In this document: one piece after another, positions 9,277 to 18,745 of the stretch
How the letters are laid out: the number at the start of each line of letters is the position of its first letter
Position numbering within the stretch: the first letter of the stretch is position 1
Assembly: GCF_036383575.1 (NCBI RefSeq)
Contig: NZ_DASVOB010000052.1
Coordinates: 1-39,232 of the forward strand
Direction: 5' to 3'
DNA from: Mucilaginibacter sp.
Lineage (GTDB): Bacteria; Bacteroidota; Bacteroidia; Sphingobacteriales; Sphingobacteriaceae
Length of the DNA stretch: 39,232 nt
The notes under the pieces: generated by a model
The model's input: the letters and a program-made list of their open reading frames with translations, nothing else
What the model was told of the DNA's origin: nothing
Database searches by the model: none
Position numbers and translations under genes: made by a program

Positions 9277-9567
9277 ATGGAATCACCGTTTTATTTATTA
9301 ATGAGCCTGAAAACGCCCCGGAGCTATGAGCCCTTCGGCGAGTTCAACCTGGGATATGACCGGGAATCAGCCTATGCTTTATTCGATAGCCTCGATGGTA
9401 ACCCAACGATCGATGACCGGTGTCCTTTCCATATCGACCTGATCGAAACCGTTGACACCCTTCCGGAAAAGATCCGCAGTAAATGCTGCAAGCTGGAAGA
9501 GCTGGGGACCAACATGAAGCTGATTGCATTGGAAACATTCAGGCAAAAAAACTTACAGGAGGAATAA
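9277..9567 (+). CDS. Hypothetical protein (96 aa)
   Basis: ATG at 9277 just after the hairpin; protein-like composition MESPFYLLMSLKTPRSYEPFGEFNLG. Confidence 0.7.
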   Translation: MESPFYLLMSLKTPRSYEPFGEFNLGYDRESAYALFDSLDGNPTIDDRCPFHIDLIETVDTLPEKIRSKCCKLEELGTNMKLIALETFRQKNLQEE

Positions 9568-9653
9568 TGATCACTAAGACGCTGTTAACCCTGCTGCTGA
9601 TAGCTGCGGCACTTATCTTGTTTCGCCGGAATGACGATGACTGGGCCTGGTGA
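9567..9653 (+). CDS. 28-aa single-TM microprotein
   Basis: MITKTLLTLLLIAAALILFRRNDDDWAW; TAATG stop/start overlap with the upstream ORF. Confidence 0.5.
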   Translation: MITKTLLTLLLIAAALILFRRNDDDWAW

Positions 9654-9832
9654 CAACAAGGCTCTGCCGCCATGCGCCAAGCGTTCACGGCCCCGAAAAT
9701 AACCAGGGGTACAACGGTCCGCCCCTTTTGTGCTGGCTTATCGTTCGTTTTTGCCCGGGAAGATACCCCTGTATAAAATAAAAAGTATTCAGCAAACTGT
9801 GAATATGAAAAGTTGGGCTTTAAAGATTTAAC

Positions 9833-10588
9833 TCAAATTCCGGTGTACCATGACCAGCCTGCGGAGATATCGGAAGCTGCGTCTACAAATTGATCAGTTA
9901 CTACAATTCGGCGTAAAAATTTTACGTTTTTATAGCCTAACTGAGTTTCTACCCTTAGGCGTAGGGGAGCGCCGTTACGGGCGGGAAGGCTTTCACCGTT
10001 CATCGTGTGTGCCAGGATAGTTTGCGGATGAAAGGCGTCGAGCATATCGATGCTTTCCCCATACTTGTCAAAACCGTAGAGGCAAACGAATCGCGCATCA
10101 GGGAAAATGCCGGCATCTTTCAAAACAGTGCTTAGCGGTACCCCTGTCCACTCGGCAATGGCGCTCCAGCCCTCTTCACAGGTGTGCCGGGTAATCTGCG
10201 TTCGCCCGCCGAGTTTTTTTAATTCTTCTAAGCTATATTTACGAGGTTTGGCCACCCGGCCTTCAATGGCAAGGGTATATCCTTCAAAATTTTTGCGCAG
10301 CAAATACTCATACTCCTTACTGTATGCGTCGTTACTGGCAGGGTCGGCAGGATCGCCGATATCGGTCACCGGGAAACTGGTTATCTCGCTTTTCTGATAT
10401 TCAGGCGCCAATGCCCGCTGAGAGAGCAGGCTGCGTTGCGCCATATAAGTAAGGCCGTCACCCATGCGCAGGATATTGCCATAGGTGGGCGGAGCTTTTT
10501 TCAACCAGCCGTAAAGCAAAAATGCCCCTGCCGAGGTAAGTCCGGCGATGATGGCCTGTCGCCGGGTCATTAATCGTTTTTTCCTCAT
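9833..10588 (-). CDS. Molybdopterin-dependent oxidoreductase (sulfite oxidase / MsrP-YedY-like family)
   Basis: Tat-like TRRQAII signal, TRHTCEEGWS (Mo-ligating Cys), GAPLRLRVETQLGYKNVK. Confidence 0.9.
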   Translation of the reverse strand: MRKKRLMTRRQAIIAGLTSAGAFLLYGWLKKAPPTYGNILRMGDGLTYMAQRSLLSQRALAPEYQKSEITSFPVTDIGDPADPASNDAYSKEYEYLLRKNFEGYTLAIEGRVAKPRKYSLEELKKLGGRTQITRHTCEEGWSAIAEWTGVPLSTVLKDAGIFPDARFVCLYGFDKYGESIDMLDAFHPQTILAHTMNGESLPARNGAPLRLRVETQLGYKNVKFLRRIVVTDQFVDAASDISAGWSWYTGI

Positions 10589-10589
10589 A

Positions 10590-11321
10590 TCAGTTACCCC
10601 AAATAATTGCCTTAATGTTGCGATTGAAGCCCGACCTGATCACCATGAGCACATGGACGATCAAAAATAATAACAGCAGAACTGCTGAAAAAAAATGGAT
10701 GGTACGGGCCGATTGATGTCCGAAAAACATTTTCAACAGGAAAGGGTAAGACGCGGTAATAGCGGGCGACATCGTAAAGCCGGTTAAAACAACCACCGGG
10801 AATAAAAAGAAGATCACCAACAGATAGGTTAGCTTCTGCAGTAAAGCGTAGTCGCCGGTATCATGTGTTTGCTTCCGAAAATGACCGACAAGATCAAGCC
10901 AAATCAACTTTAAACTAAATTCGCCGCGTCGGGGAATAAGGTTGTAACGGAAATGTCCGCTTAAAGCACCTATCACGAGGTAAATACTACCGGTAATCAC
11001 CAGGAACCAGGCTCCCAGGAAGTGAGTGCTACGGCCCCAGCCGTTTTGGTTAAAAATAGCGTAAGTACGGACAGCTGTTTTCTGTCCGTGGTTTAGATTT
11101 TTAAATGCAATGGGTTTATCCCAGCCGTTATGGTGATAGTTGCGGCTGATCGGAAGCTCAAATAACGCCGGCGTAAGGTCATTTCCCGCTTTGCCCCAGT
11201 AAAGTCTTGGATGCGACATTAATATAACGAAACCGCTTATAGTGAGTGCTAAGAAGCTTAACGTAATGATAAAATGGGTGCCCCTCACCCACCGTTTGTG
11301 TGAAACAACTCCTTTTTTCAT
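10590..11321 (-). CDS. Cytochrome b/b6-domain membrane subunit
   Basis: Four TM helices with His ligands (RGTHF, RSTHF, RTIHF, IVHV), HPRLYWG, YALLQKLTY; 1 nt from the Mo enzyme gene. Confidence 0.88.
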   Translation of the reverse strand: MKKGVVSHKRWVRGTHFIITLSFLALTISGFVILMSHPRLYWGKAGNDLTPALFELPISRNYHHNGWDKPIAFKNLNHGQKTAVRTYAIFNQNGWGRSTHFLGAWFLVITGSIYLVIGALSGHFRYNLIPRRGEFSLKLIWLDLVGHFRKQTHDTGDYALLQKLTYLLVIFFLFPVVVLTGFTMSPAITASYPFLLKMFFGHQSARTIHFFSAVLLLLFLIVHVLMVIRSGFNRNIKAIIWGN

Positions 11322-11721
11322 ACTTTAAGATTGGGACATTTTAAGATGCAAAAGCAATTTTAAGAACCTAAAGATAAAGTAATTATAAATAAATAAAAAG
11401 TGTTCTGGTTACTTCGTGCGCGGCTGAGTTCCATGGGGTTGCACACCAGAAATTGCAGGATTAATATAGTTATAGCAATGGGCACGGTTCTCCTGTTAAA
11501 TGGAGTGCCGAGACCTGGGATATGGCCGCGCTGCGTTTCAACTTAGTCTTCTTGACGATGACCTGCAAATTCATGTTACCCTTAGACAATGCGATGATAA
11601 AGGTGCCAAATCCTTAAGGTGTAAGACCTTCCGGGTAAATGCACAAAAAACACCAATTTGATTCCAGCAATTTAAAGACTCATCGGTGACAGCGATCCGG
11701 ATATCGCTTGCCTAAAGATGG

Positions 11722-11982
11722 TTATTTAATCTCAGGAAATTGAACCGGTATCTGATATGACCTTACCGAATCATTAATGACTTTATTATTCCGATTTCTC
11801 TTTTCGATTGCGGCATAGTAAGAAACCTGGGAGGCATGAAAAGCTTTAACAACTGCCGTATCAACGTAGTCCGCGGTGAACTTATGTGCCGGCACAAGAT
11901 CCCGTTGCGGCCAAAATAGAAAATTTGCCCTTTTCAACCGAAAACTCCGATCATATTGATTGAAACAGGTAAAAACGTTCAA
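11722..11982 (-). CDS. Hypothetical ORF or gene 3' remnant
   Basis: TTG start; only the C-terminal half looks protein-like. Confidence 0.25.
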   Translation of the reverse strand: MNVFTCFNQYDRSFRLKRANFLFWPQRDLVPAHKFTADYVDTAVVKAFHASQVSYYAAIEKRNRNNKVINDSVRSYQIPVQFPEIK

Positions 11983-12035
11983 GGATTAAAAGGTTGGAAG
12001 AGCAAAGAAAATCTTTTAATTTTCGGGCCGCCATT

Positions 12036-12266
12036 ATGGGACAATTGTTACGCCTTCATTTTGAAAATAAAGATCACTCTTTCAGGATCTTGAATAAAGA
12101 GCCGGTCACCCGCGAAACAACAGAGATCGACCTGTTGTTAGACGGTGCGGAGTATAAAATCATAAAAAGCGGACAAAGCTGGCAACCGAAAGATCCGGCC
12201 GGTGAGATACCTGCCGGATTGATTCCTGCGCTTGTGAATGCCATTATCCTGCGTTTCCGTATATGA
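12036..12266 (+). CDS. Hypothetical protein
   Basis: ATG at 12036 (MGQLLRLHF); ATGA overlap with the GNAT gene. Confidence 0.7.
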   Translation: MGQLLRLHFENKDHSFRILNKEPVTRETTEIDLLLDGAEYKIIKSGQSWQPKDPAGEIPAGLIPALVNAIILRFRI

Positions 12267-12832
12267 CATTTACAGAAAGTAAAACCTACCGTATCGATCC
12301 CCTGGGTGCGGGGGATATCCTGCAGTATGAAAAACTGACGACGGAGATCTACCAATTACTGACCGACGAGCATACCTTGCAGTTCCTGCCGGAGAAGAAA
12401 TTACATTCAGTAGATGCAGCCAGAAACTGGCTGAATGCGGCTTTGCTTAACTTTTATTCCGGCCGTAACCAGGTTCACCTGATCAGGTCTGCAGCCGGCG
12501 GTACGCTTGTGGGAGTAATTGACCTCATACCGCCGGCGGTCGCCAGGGAATACTATTGCTTAGCTGATTACCCATTCTTTATCGAATTTTATTTAAAAAG
12601 CAGCGAGAGCGGGAAAGCACTGATGTCCCGCTTATTACCAAAAATCCTTTCCCATTTGGTGCAGGATGGGATCACTGAGCTGGCAGCCGTGGTCAACCGG
12701 CAAAACATCGCGGCCGGGAAAGTACTCAAACGCGCCGGGTTTCGGCACTCAGGTCATTTTGACCAAGTACAGGATATTTATCTTTACTCGGTTTTTTGCA
12801 ACAAGAATTACGTGCAGGCCCTACCTTCATAA
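12263..12832 (+). CDS. GNAT family N-acetyltransferase (RimJ/RimL-like)
   Basis: SGKALMS motif A-like segment and AVVNRQNIAAGKVLKRAGF. Confidence 0.85.
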   Translation: MTFTESKTYRIDPLGAGDILQYEKLTTEIYQLLTDEHTLQFLPEKKLHSVDAARNWLNAALLNFYSGRNQVHLIRSAAGGTLVGVIDLIPPAVAREYYCLADYPFFIEFYLKSSESGKALMSRLLPKILSHLVQDGITELAAVVNRQNIAAGKVLKRAGFRHSGHFDQVQDIYLYSVFCNKNYVQALPS

Positions 12833-12931
12833 TCTCCGTACCGGGCAAACCTGGTAACGGCAGATCACAGGACCGCCCGGAATAATTGCGATGTCTGAGC
12901 GCGTTCGCTACGTAAAAAGAGATGCCGGAGC

Positions 12932-13612
12932 TTACCTACTATCCGACCAGTTTTCAGGTAATATGAAAACTCCCTTGCCATTTATATCGGTTGAATTTTT
13001 AAAGAAAGATAATAATGCAGTATCGACAGGCGGGTCGTTTCCAATTTGATAAAGATTTTGGGTAATCTGAAAGCGGCCGCCCTTCACCTCAAATACCGAT
13101 GCCGGTATTATGTTTTCCTGTTTGGCGTCGTACCATACAGACCTGTCAACTACAAATATACGGCTGGTGTAAGGGTCAATGACAAAGATGCCGGCCCCGC
13201 TGAAAAGATAATTTCGGCTAAATGAGGAATCCCGTATAAAAGACTTACGCGAAATATCAAAAGCATATAAATAGGCTCTAATCCCCTTTCCCAGGTCTTC
13301 AAAGGTTGTAAAAAATACCAGATTATTGCTTATTAGAACTTTGTGTCTTACCAAAGCACTGGGTTTTACTTCATATATTCCATTATAAATATTTGCTGAA
13401 GAGACATTAAAGCCATCGGGAATAAGAAACGTTAACGTATCCAATGACATAAATCGTTTATTTTCAACAGTAAAAAACTTTATTGTTGAATCGGGATTAA
13501 CCCGTTGCCTGCGTTGAGTTTTCGGGGCATGCTGCGCAGCCGGATTACTGTTACAAGACAATAAACTAAAGATACATATTGTAAAAACGATGATTACAAT
13601 TTCTTTAATCAT
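12932..13612 (-). CDS. Hypothetical lipoprotein
   Basis: Signal peptide II with LLSC lipobox; visibly AT-richer than its neighbours. Confidence 0.75.
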   Translation of the reverse strand: MIKEIVIIVFTICIFSLLSCNSNPAAQHAPKTQRRQRVNPDSTIKFFTVENKRFMSLDTLTFLIPDGFNVSSANIYNGIYEVKPSALVRHKVLISNNLVFFTTFEDLGKGIRAYLYAFDISRKSFIRDSSFSRNYLFSGAGIFVIDPYTSRIFVVDRSVWYDAKQENIIPASVFEVKGGRFQITQNLYQIGNDPPVDTALLSFFKNSTDINGKGVFILPENWSDSR

Positions 13613-13846
13613 TTCATTTCAATTAATAACTTTCAAACCTGGCGCTACAGTTGTCAATGTACGATTTTCCCTTGAGCAGCACCTGATCATTTCGCGACTT
13701 TATTAAGGTGCCCGGACACTTCAAAGCGACCTTTAAATCGACTTCGCTTATAAAAACCGGGGCAAATTGCCGTCAAATACCTTTGTAACAGTCCTGAAAT
13801 TATATGATGCACTCCCAATAATTGCATCAGCTGAATAGCCGTGCTG

Positions 13847-16800
13847 TTAACTTGCCAGCTTCAGGTTAACTCCTTCGAATGTGATGACGCCCGCCTGGAT
13901 GGTTTTACCGACAGCTGTCGACAGTTGCTGCCGCATTTCGTCCGTCACGCGTGAAAACCCAAGTAGTTTAGCCACCAATGGTATGGCTTCCTCTTCGGTG
14001 ATAGAGATCGCGCTGCCAATAACCTGTACAACGGCCCCGGCTATTTCTTCCGGGGCTACCAGGCTTAATTTACGGTAAGCTGCAGGCAGTTTGCTGCGGT
14101 CGCGTACCCGGGCCTTTTCCATCTCCGGAGCCCAGATAAAGTCATCTTTGACGACCACCAGTTTTTCGCTTTGCGCCTGGTTCAATGCCTGCGTCAGCGT
14201 ATAGCGGATACGCGAGCCCACTTTGGCTATGCCCGCCGCGTCGGCGATACGTTTGGCCACTTCATCGAAATGTACCGGGCTCTCTACCTTAACTACCTCC
14301 GCTATCCAGCCGCTTATTTCAGCAAACGTATATAGCTGAAACTCGGGCCGGATATGTTCGATATGTATTTCAGCAAAGCGGTATTCCGGCGTGACAGGAT
14401 TGTCCGGCTGTAATTCATCACGACTCAGCTCCGTTTGCCAGGCTTCATTTTCCTCGTCTGTTGTTTCAGTGGTAAGTTTGGCTTGTTCGACGGCCGCCAG
14501 CAGGCGGGCCAGTTCCCGCGCGGGGTTACGGTACCAGTCGGCGCTCCACACCTGGTAGAGGTTCCAGCCGAAAAGTTCCAGTATCTGCGAACGCAACCGG
14601 TCGCGGTCAGTGGCGGAAGCTGCGCTGTCGTAGGTCTTGCCGTCGCAAATTAAACCGAGGATATAGCGGCCCGGATTTTCGGGGTCCACGATCGCCATAT
14701 CCAAATAAAATCCCGGTGAGCCAACTTTATTACGGACGATATGCCCCGCTTTGGTCAATTGCGCTGCCACTTCTTCTTCAAAAGGCCTTATGTCATCCGG
14801 AATAAGCTCTTCCGGTTTATCAAACTTTGCATACTGGGCAAAGTATAAAAAGCTTTTCAGTGCACGGATACCCAAACGGGCGGAATCATTCACTTTAATA
14901 TCTTCCGAAGTAATATTGGTAAACACCTCGCAGCGCATTTTGGCGCGGGTGATCAATACATTTAAACGGCGCTCCCCTCCTTCGTTATTCAGGGGGCCGA
15001 AATTCATCGGTACTTTACCGTCCTCGGTTCGTCCATAACCGATACTGATCAGGATCACGTCGCGCTCATCACCCTGCACATTCTCCAGGTTCTTGATAAA
15101 AAAAGGTTCATCGGGCCGGCCTGTAAAAAAGCTTTCTGTCGCAGGGCTGGCTTTACGTTCGACTTCCAGCGCAGCCTGGATCGCCTGCGCCTGGGCGGTA
15201 CTGAAAGCGACCACCCCCAAACTCTGAGCCGGGAATTTTGCGGCATGACCGATCACTGCTTTGGCAACTGCTGCAGCTTCTGCCGGATTACTCCGGGTTT
15301 TACCGCGGTCATAAATTGCATCAGGCAAATGATGGAAGCGCAGGCCCAGGTTTTGCTTAGCACCAGGGCTGGGGAAGATCACCAGCTTATCCTCGTAAAA
15401 CTCATGGTTAGATAAAGTGATCAGCGATTCGTGCCTGCTGCGGTAATGCCATTTCAGCATCCGCGTAGGCGCACCCTGCCCGTCGCACATACCCAGAATG
15501 CTTTGCATATCAGCAGTTACGTTCTCTTCATCCTCCATGTCTGTATTCAGCTTATCAAAAAAGCTCGTTGGCGGCAGTTGCCGGGTGTCGCCCACCACCA
15601 CCAGTTGTTTGCCGCGGGCGATGGCCCCAATGGCATCTACCGGCCGGACCTGGCTGGCCTCATCAAAGATCACCAGGTCAAAATCGATCGCGCCCGGCGG
15701 CAGGTAATTGGCAATGGACATCGGGCCCATCATCCAAACCGGCTTAATGGCCTGCATGGCCTTACCCGCCTCTTCCACCAGTTTACGGATCGGCATATGG
15801 CGCGCCTTTTTGTTGAACTCCGTTTTAAGGACATTGACCTGCCCGCCGGCATTCCCTTTAGGCAAGCCTTCCCAATGTTTAAGGGCGACCATCGCCCGGT
15901 TATAATATAAGTTTACCTGGTCCAGCTTTTTAAACTTGCCGATCACCTCTTCGTGGCTGCTGCGTTCAAATTTGGATAACTCGGGACTGCGTATAAAAGC
16001 TTCGGTGATCAGGTATTCGTACCATGTCTTTTGCAGACTGATCTTTAACAGGTCTTTTGCTTCGTCCCAGTTGACCGCCGCATCGGCGAGGAACTTAAAC
16101 CCTTCTTTTTCCGACTGCGCGGCCAGCTGGTTCCAGTCCACGGCTAGCTGCAGCTCATCAAAATGGGCGATCCAGTTCTTCCAGGTATTTTCCTGGTCCG
16201 TAAAGTTTACCGGGAAAAATTTGATCTGCAAAGCCTGCAACGCCTGTTCGCGCCCCTCCCGCAGCATTTTCAATTCATTCTGTAATGCTTTCAGGTAACC
16301 GGCCGCTTCCGACACCGGGTTCAGCTTAACTAGGTAAGCCAGCAAAACCGGATCCCGGATGCCGGCCAAAAAGTCGGCTGCAGCCTGCAGCGACCGCCAG
16401 TCGGAGCGTTGTTTCAGCCAGCGCGGTCCGAATAAGGACTGTGCAAACAGGTCATATTGTTGTAATACACCTTCCAGACGCCTGGCTTCCGAGATCGCAT
16501 CTACCAGCTTCAGTTTTTCAGCGGCAGATTCGGGCAAAGCTATTTTAAGCAGCGACGCCAAAACCTGTTTGCTCCTGCGGTAGCCGCTATGCAGGCTTTT
16601 ATGCCAGCTCTCTCCATAAGTAACGATATTTCTCCTGATCTCCAGGATGTCCTGCGACCAGGCTTCGGCTACAAAGGTATCTTTATGGCTGCGGTATAAG
16701 TTTTCCAATGCTTCACCCGTGGCCAGCATTTCCTTAATATCTTCTGCTTTGGTTTGCCAGACCGGATCGGAGACATTCAATCCTTTAAGGTCAGGGGCAT

Positions 16801-18412
16801 CTGCCGATTTGGAGAGCAGCGCTTCCAGCGCCGGCACTTCGTTTTCATTATTCGGTATGGCAAAACCGGTAGCTTTACAGATACTATCCAGCAAGGCCAA
16901 TAATTCCGTGGTTACCCTTAAGGCGGATTCCAGCCTTTGAAATATTTCAGGTTTCGCATGCGGCAATACCAGCATCAGCTTAGTTCCGTAAAAAACAAGC
17001 CCGGCAGGTTTGCCAGCGTCTTTCAGGCGTGCCTGGATCCGGTCAGCCCATTCTTCGGCAAGCCTGACCGTTTCCTGGTTCCAGTGGCTGATATTTTCAA
17101 TGGGTAATTTCGGCAGGTGGCGGCCTTTCGCCTGCTGATCTATCTGCAGCAAAAAGCCGATAACCTGCTGCGCCGTAAGCCCGCTGCCGGCAAGCGGGTT
17201 GTTCACCGCCCGGCAATAATCATTCAGTTCCTCCCGGTAGATCTCCAGCATCCGGATTTCCAGTTCGAGTCTGGCTGTTTGGGGCCTGCCCAGTTCGATG
17301 ACGCGTTTGAGTTCAGCCAGAACATCACGCTTGTTGGTTTTATGGCTGTGTAGTTCCAGACAGGCTATGCCCAGGTCAATATTATCCAGCCGCCGCTTCA
17401 CCACCTCCAGCGCAGCCATTTTTTCAGCCACGAATAAAACCTTTTTACCCTGACCGACGGCATTGGCAATAATATTGGTAATGGTTTGCGATTTTCCGGT
17501 ACCCGGCGGACCCTGGATCACCAGGTTGCCCCCTTCCTGTACAGCCAGCATAGCCAGCAACTGGGAGCTGTCGGCATCAACTACCCGGAACAGGTCATTT
17601 GCTTTAGTATCCGCATCCAGATTACTTTCTTCTTCCGGAACATCTTCATGAAATCCCGTTCCCAGCAGGGCTGATACATTGAGATGATCTTCGGGCTTAG
17701 CGGATCCAGGCCATTGTTCGGTATCGAGGTCATTATAGATCAGGAATTTGCCGAAAGAGAAAAAGCCCAGTTCGACAGCGTCGGCATCGATGCCCCAGCC
17801 AGCTTCCTTGGTAATGTGGGCCTGCACATCCTTGATGTAATTATTAAGATCAAACTCCTCCGCTTCCGGCATGTCGGGGATAGTGAGATTGAAATCGCTT
17901 TTCATTTTGGCTTGCAGGGACAAGTTAGCACCGATCTCGCTGCCGGTATACCGCAGACGGAAACGTTCCTGTGCACTGGAGCGTTCCAGGCTCACCGGCA
18001 CCAGGATCAAAGGGGCCGAACGCAGCGTTTCGGTATCTCCGGTCTCATACCAGCGCAGCATGCCTAAAGCGAGATAGAGCAGGTTGACGCCCTGTTCTTC
18101 GATACTTGTTCGCGCAAAATAATACGTATTTAACAGGCGGCTTTGCAGCTTTTGCTCATCTTCATCCGTTTGCAGGCGGGTGTCGTGATACCTGGCTTCC
18201 CCCTCAGGAAAAAGCTGCCCCTCCCTCAGTGCCAGAAAAGTCATTGCCTTTTGCTGACGGACGAGGATATCATAAATAGCAGCTGCTTTTTCATCAACGA
18301 TATGAACACCTTTGCCCTTGGTTAGCTTGTAATTCAATAACGGATTGCGAAGTCCCAGGTCGAGCAATTCCTTACGAGAAGCCGCTAAACGCGACTGTAT
18401 AGTTTCCTGCAT
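13847..18412 (-). CDS. DUF4011 + SF1 (UPF1-like) helicase + Vsr/MTES_1575-like nuclease domain + DUF3320 protein (Hhe-type anti-phage architecture)
   Basis: ELLDLGLRNPLLNY (DUF4011), GPPGTGKSQT, DEASQ, GDTRQLPP, HYRS, VQGDERD, RLNVLITRAK, CDG...DRDRLR...GW...WSADW, VVKVESPVH (DUF3320). Confidence 0.9.
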   Translation of the reverse strand: MQETIQSRLAASRKELLDLGLRNPLLNYKLTKGKGVHIVDEKAAAIYDILVRQQKAMTFLALREGQLFPEGEARYHDTRLQTDEDEQKLQSRLLNTYYFARTSIEEQGVNLLYLALGMLRWYETGDTETLRSAPLILVPVSLERSSAQERFRLRYTGSEIGANLSLQAKMKSDFNLTIPDMPEAEEFDLNNYIKDVQAHITKEAGWGIDADAVELGFFSFGKFLIYNDLDTEQWPGSAKPEDHLNVSALLGTGFHEDVPEEESNLDADTKANDLFRVVDADSSQLLAMLAVQEGGNLVIQGPPGTGKSQTITNIIANAVGQGKKVLFVAEKMAALEVVKRRLDNIDLGIACLELHSHKTNKRDVLAELKRVIELGRPQTARLELEIRMLEIYREELNDYCRAVNNPLAGSGLTAQQVIGFLLQIDQQAKGRHLPKLPIENISHWNQETVRLAEEWADRIQARLKDAGKPAGLVFYGTKLMLVLPHAKPEIFQRLESALRVTTELLALLDSICKATGFAIPNNENEVPALEALLSKSADAPDLKGLNVSDPVWQTKAEDIKEMLATGEALENLYRSHKDTFVAEAWSQDILEIRRNIVTYGESWHKSLHSGYRRSKQVLASLLKIALPESAAEKLKLVDAISEARRLEGVLQQYDLFAQSLFGPRWLKQRSDWRSLQAAADFLAGIRDPVLLAYLVKLNPVSEAAGYLKALQNELKMLREGREQALQALQIKFFPVNFTDQENTWKNWIAHFDELQLAVDWNQLAAQSEKEGFKFLADAAVNWDEAKDLLKISLQKTWYEYLITEAFIRSPELSKFERSSHEEVIGKFKKLDQVNLYYNRAMVALKHWEGLPKGNAGGQVNVLKTEFNKKARHMPIRKLVEEAGKAMQAIKPVWMMGPMSIANYLPPGAIDFDLVIFDEASQVRPVDAIGAIARGKQLVVVGDTRQLPPTSFFDKLNTDMEDEENVTADMQSILGMCDGQGAPTRMLKWHYRSRHESLITLSNHEFYEDKLVIFPSPGAKQNLGLRFHHLPDAIYDRGKTRSNPAEAAAVAKAVIGHAAKFPAQSLGVVAFSTAQAQAIQAALEVERKASPATESFFTGRPDEPFFIKNLENVQGDERDVILISIGYGRTEDGKVPMNFGPLNNEGGERRLNVLITRAKMRCEVFTNITSEDIKVNDSARLGIRALKSFLYFAQYAKFDKPEELIPDDIRPFEEEVAAQLTKAGHIVRNKVGSPGFYLDMAIVDPENPGRYILGLICDGKTYDSAASATDRDRLRSQILELFGWNLYQVWSADWYRNPARELARLLAAVEQAKLTTETTDEENEAWQTELSRDELQPDNPVTPEYRFAEIHIEHIRPEFQLYTFAEISGWIAEVVKVESPVHFDEVAKRIADAAGIAKVGSRIRYTLTQALNQAQSEKLVVVKDDFIWAPEMEKARVRDRSKLPAAYRKLSLVAPEEIAGAVVQVIGSAISITEEEAIPLVAKLLGFSRVTDEMRQQLSTAVGKTIQAGVITFEGVNLKLAS

Positions 18413-18416
18413 ACGT

Positions 18417-18424
18417 CAAAGCTA
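18417..18424 (-). promoter_or_regulatory. Bacteroidota -7 promoter element TAnnTTTG
   Basis: TAGCTTTG, 4 nt before the helicase ATG. Confidence 0.55.
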
Positions 18425-18745
18425 ATAATTTACGGCCAAACCGGGAATCACCCGTATAGCAAATCAGATTTATGTTACCTGTTGAACAGGTCGTGATCAA
18501 CAAAACTAAAGTAGGAAGGCTCTCAACGCGCCATCCTCTTGCCTCATCTCCGCCGCTAAGCCCGCAAATACCTGTGATCCGCCTGTCCGGTGCAGTATCC
18601 GTGTCCAATTTGTTAAAAAATGTTAAAGCTCTTTGAAATTTTTTAGCAGCTTTTTTTCTTTGAATCAACAATTTTTAAACATTAAAACAACCATAGCAAA
18701 GGCATTTTTTGAAAGCTATCATTAACCAATTTTAGTTATTAGATC

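Noticed and set aside
11400-11720. Long intergenic stretch considered for an ncRNA or Moco riboswitch; also a TTGGCAC at ~11603-11609
   Set aside because: No convincing conserved structure by eye, and the TTGGCAC lacks a -12 element. An Rfam/Infernal scan would be needed.
13881-18325. Many antisense ORFs within the helicase (also within crtI, the ABC genes and RND)
   Set aside because: Shadow ORFs of long coding frames with no recognisable motifs.
18372-18671. 99-aa minus-strand ORF overlapping the helicase start
   Set aside because: TTG start, no motif, and it runs across the helicase's own promoter element; probably spurious.
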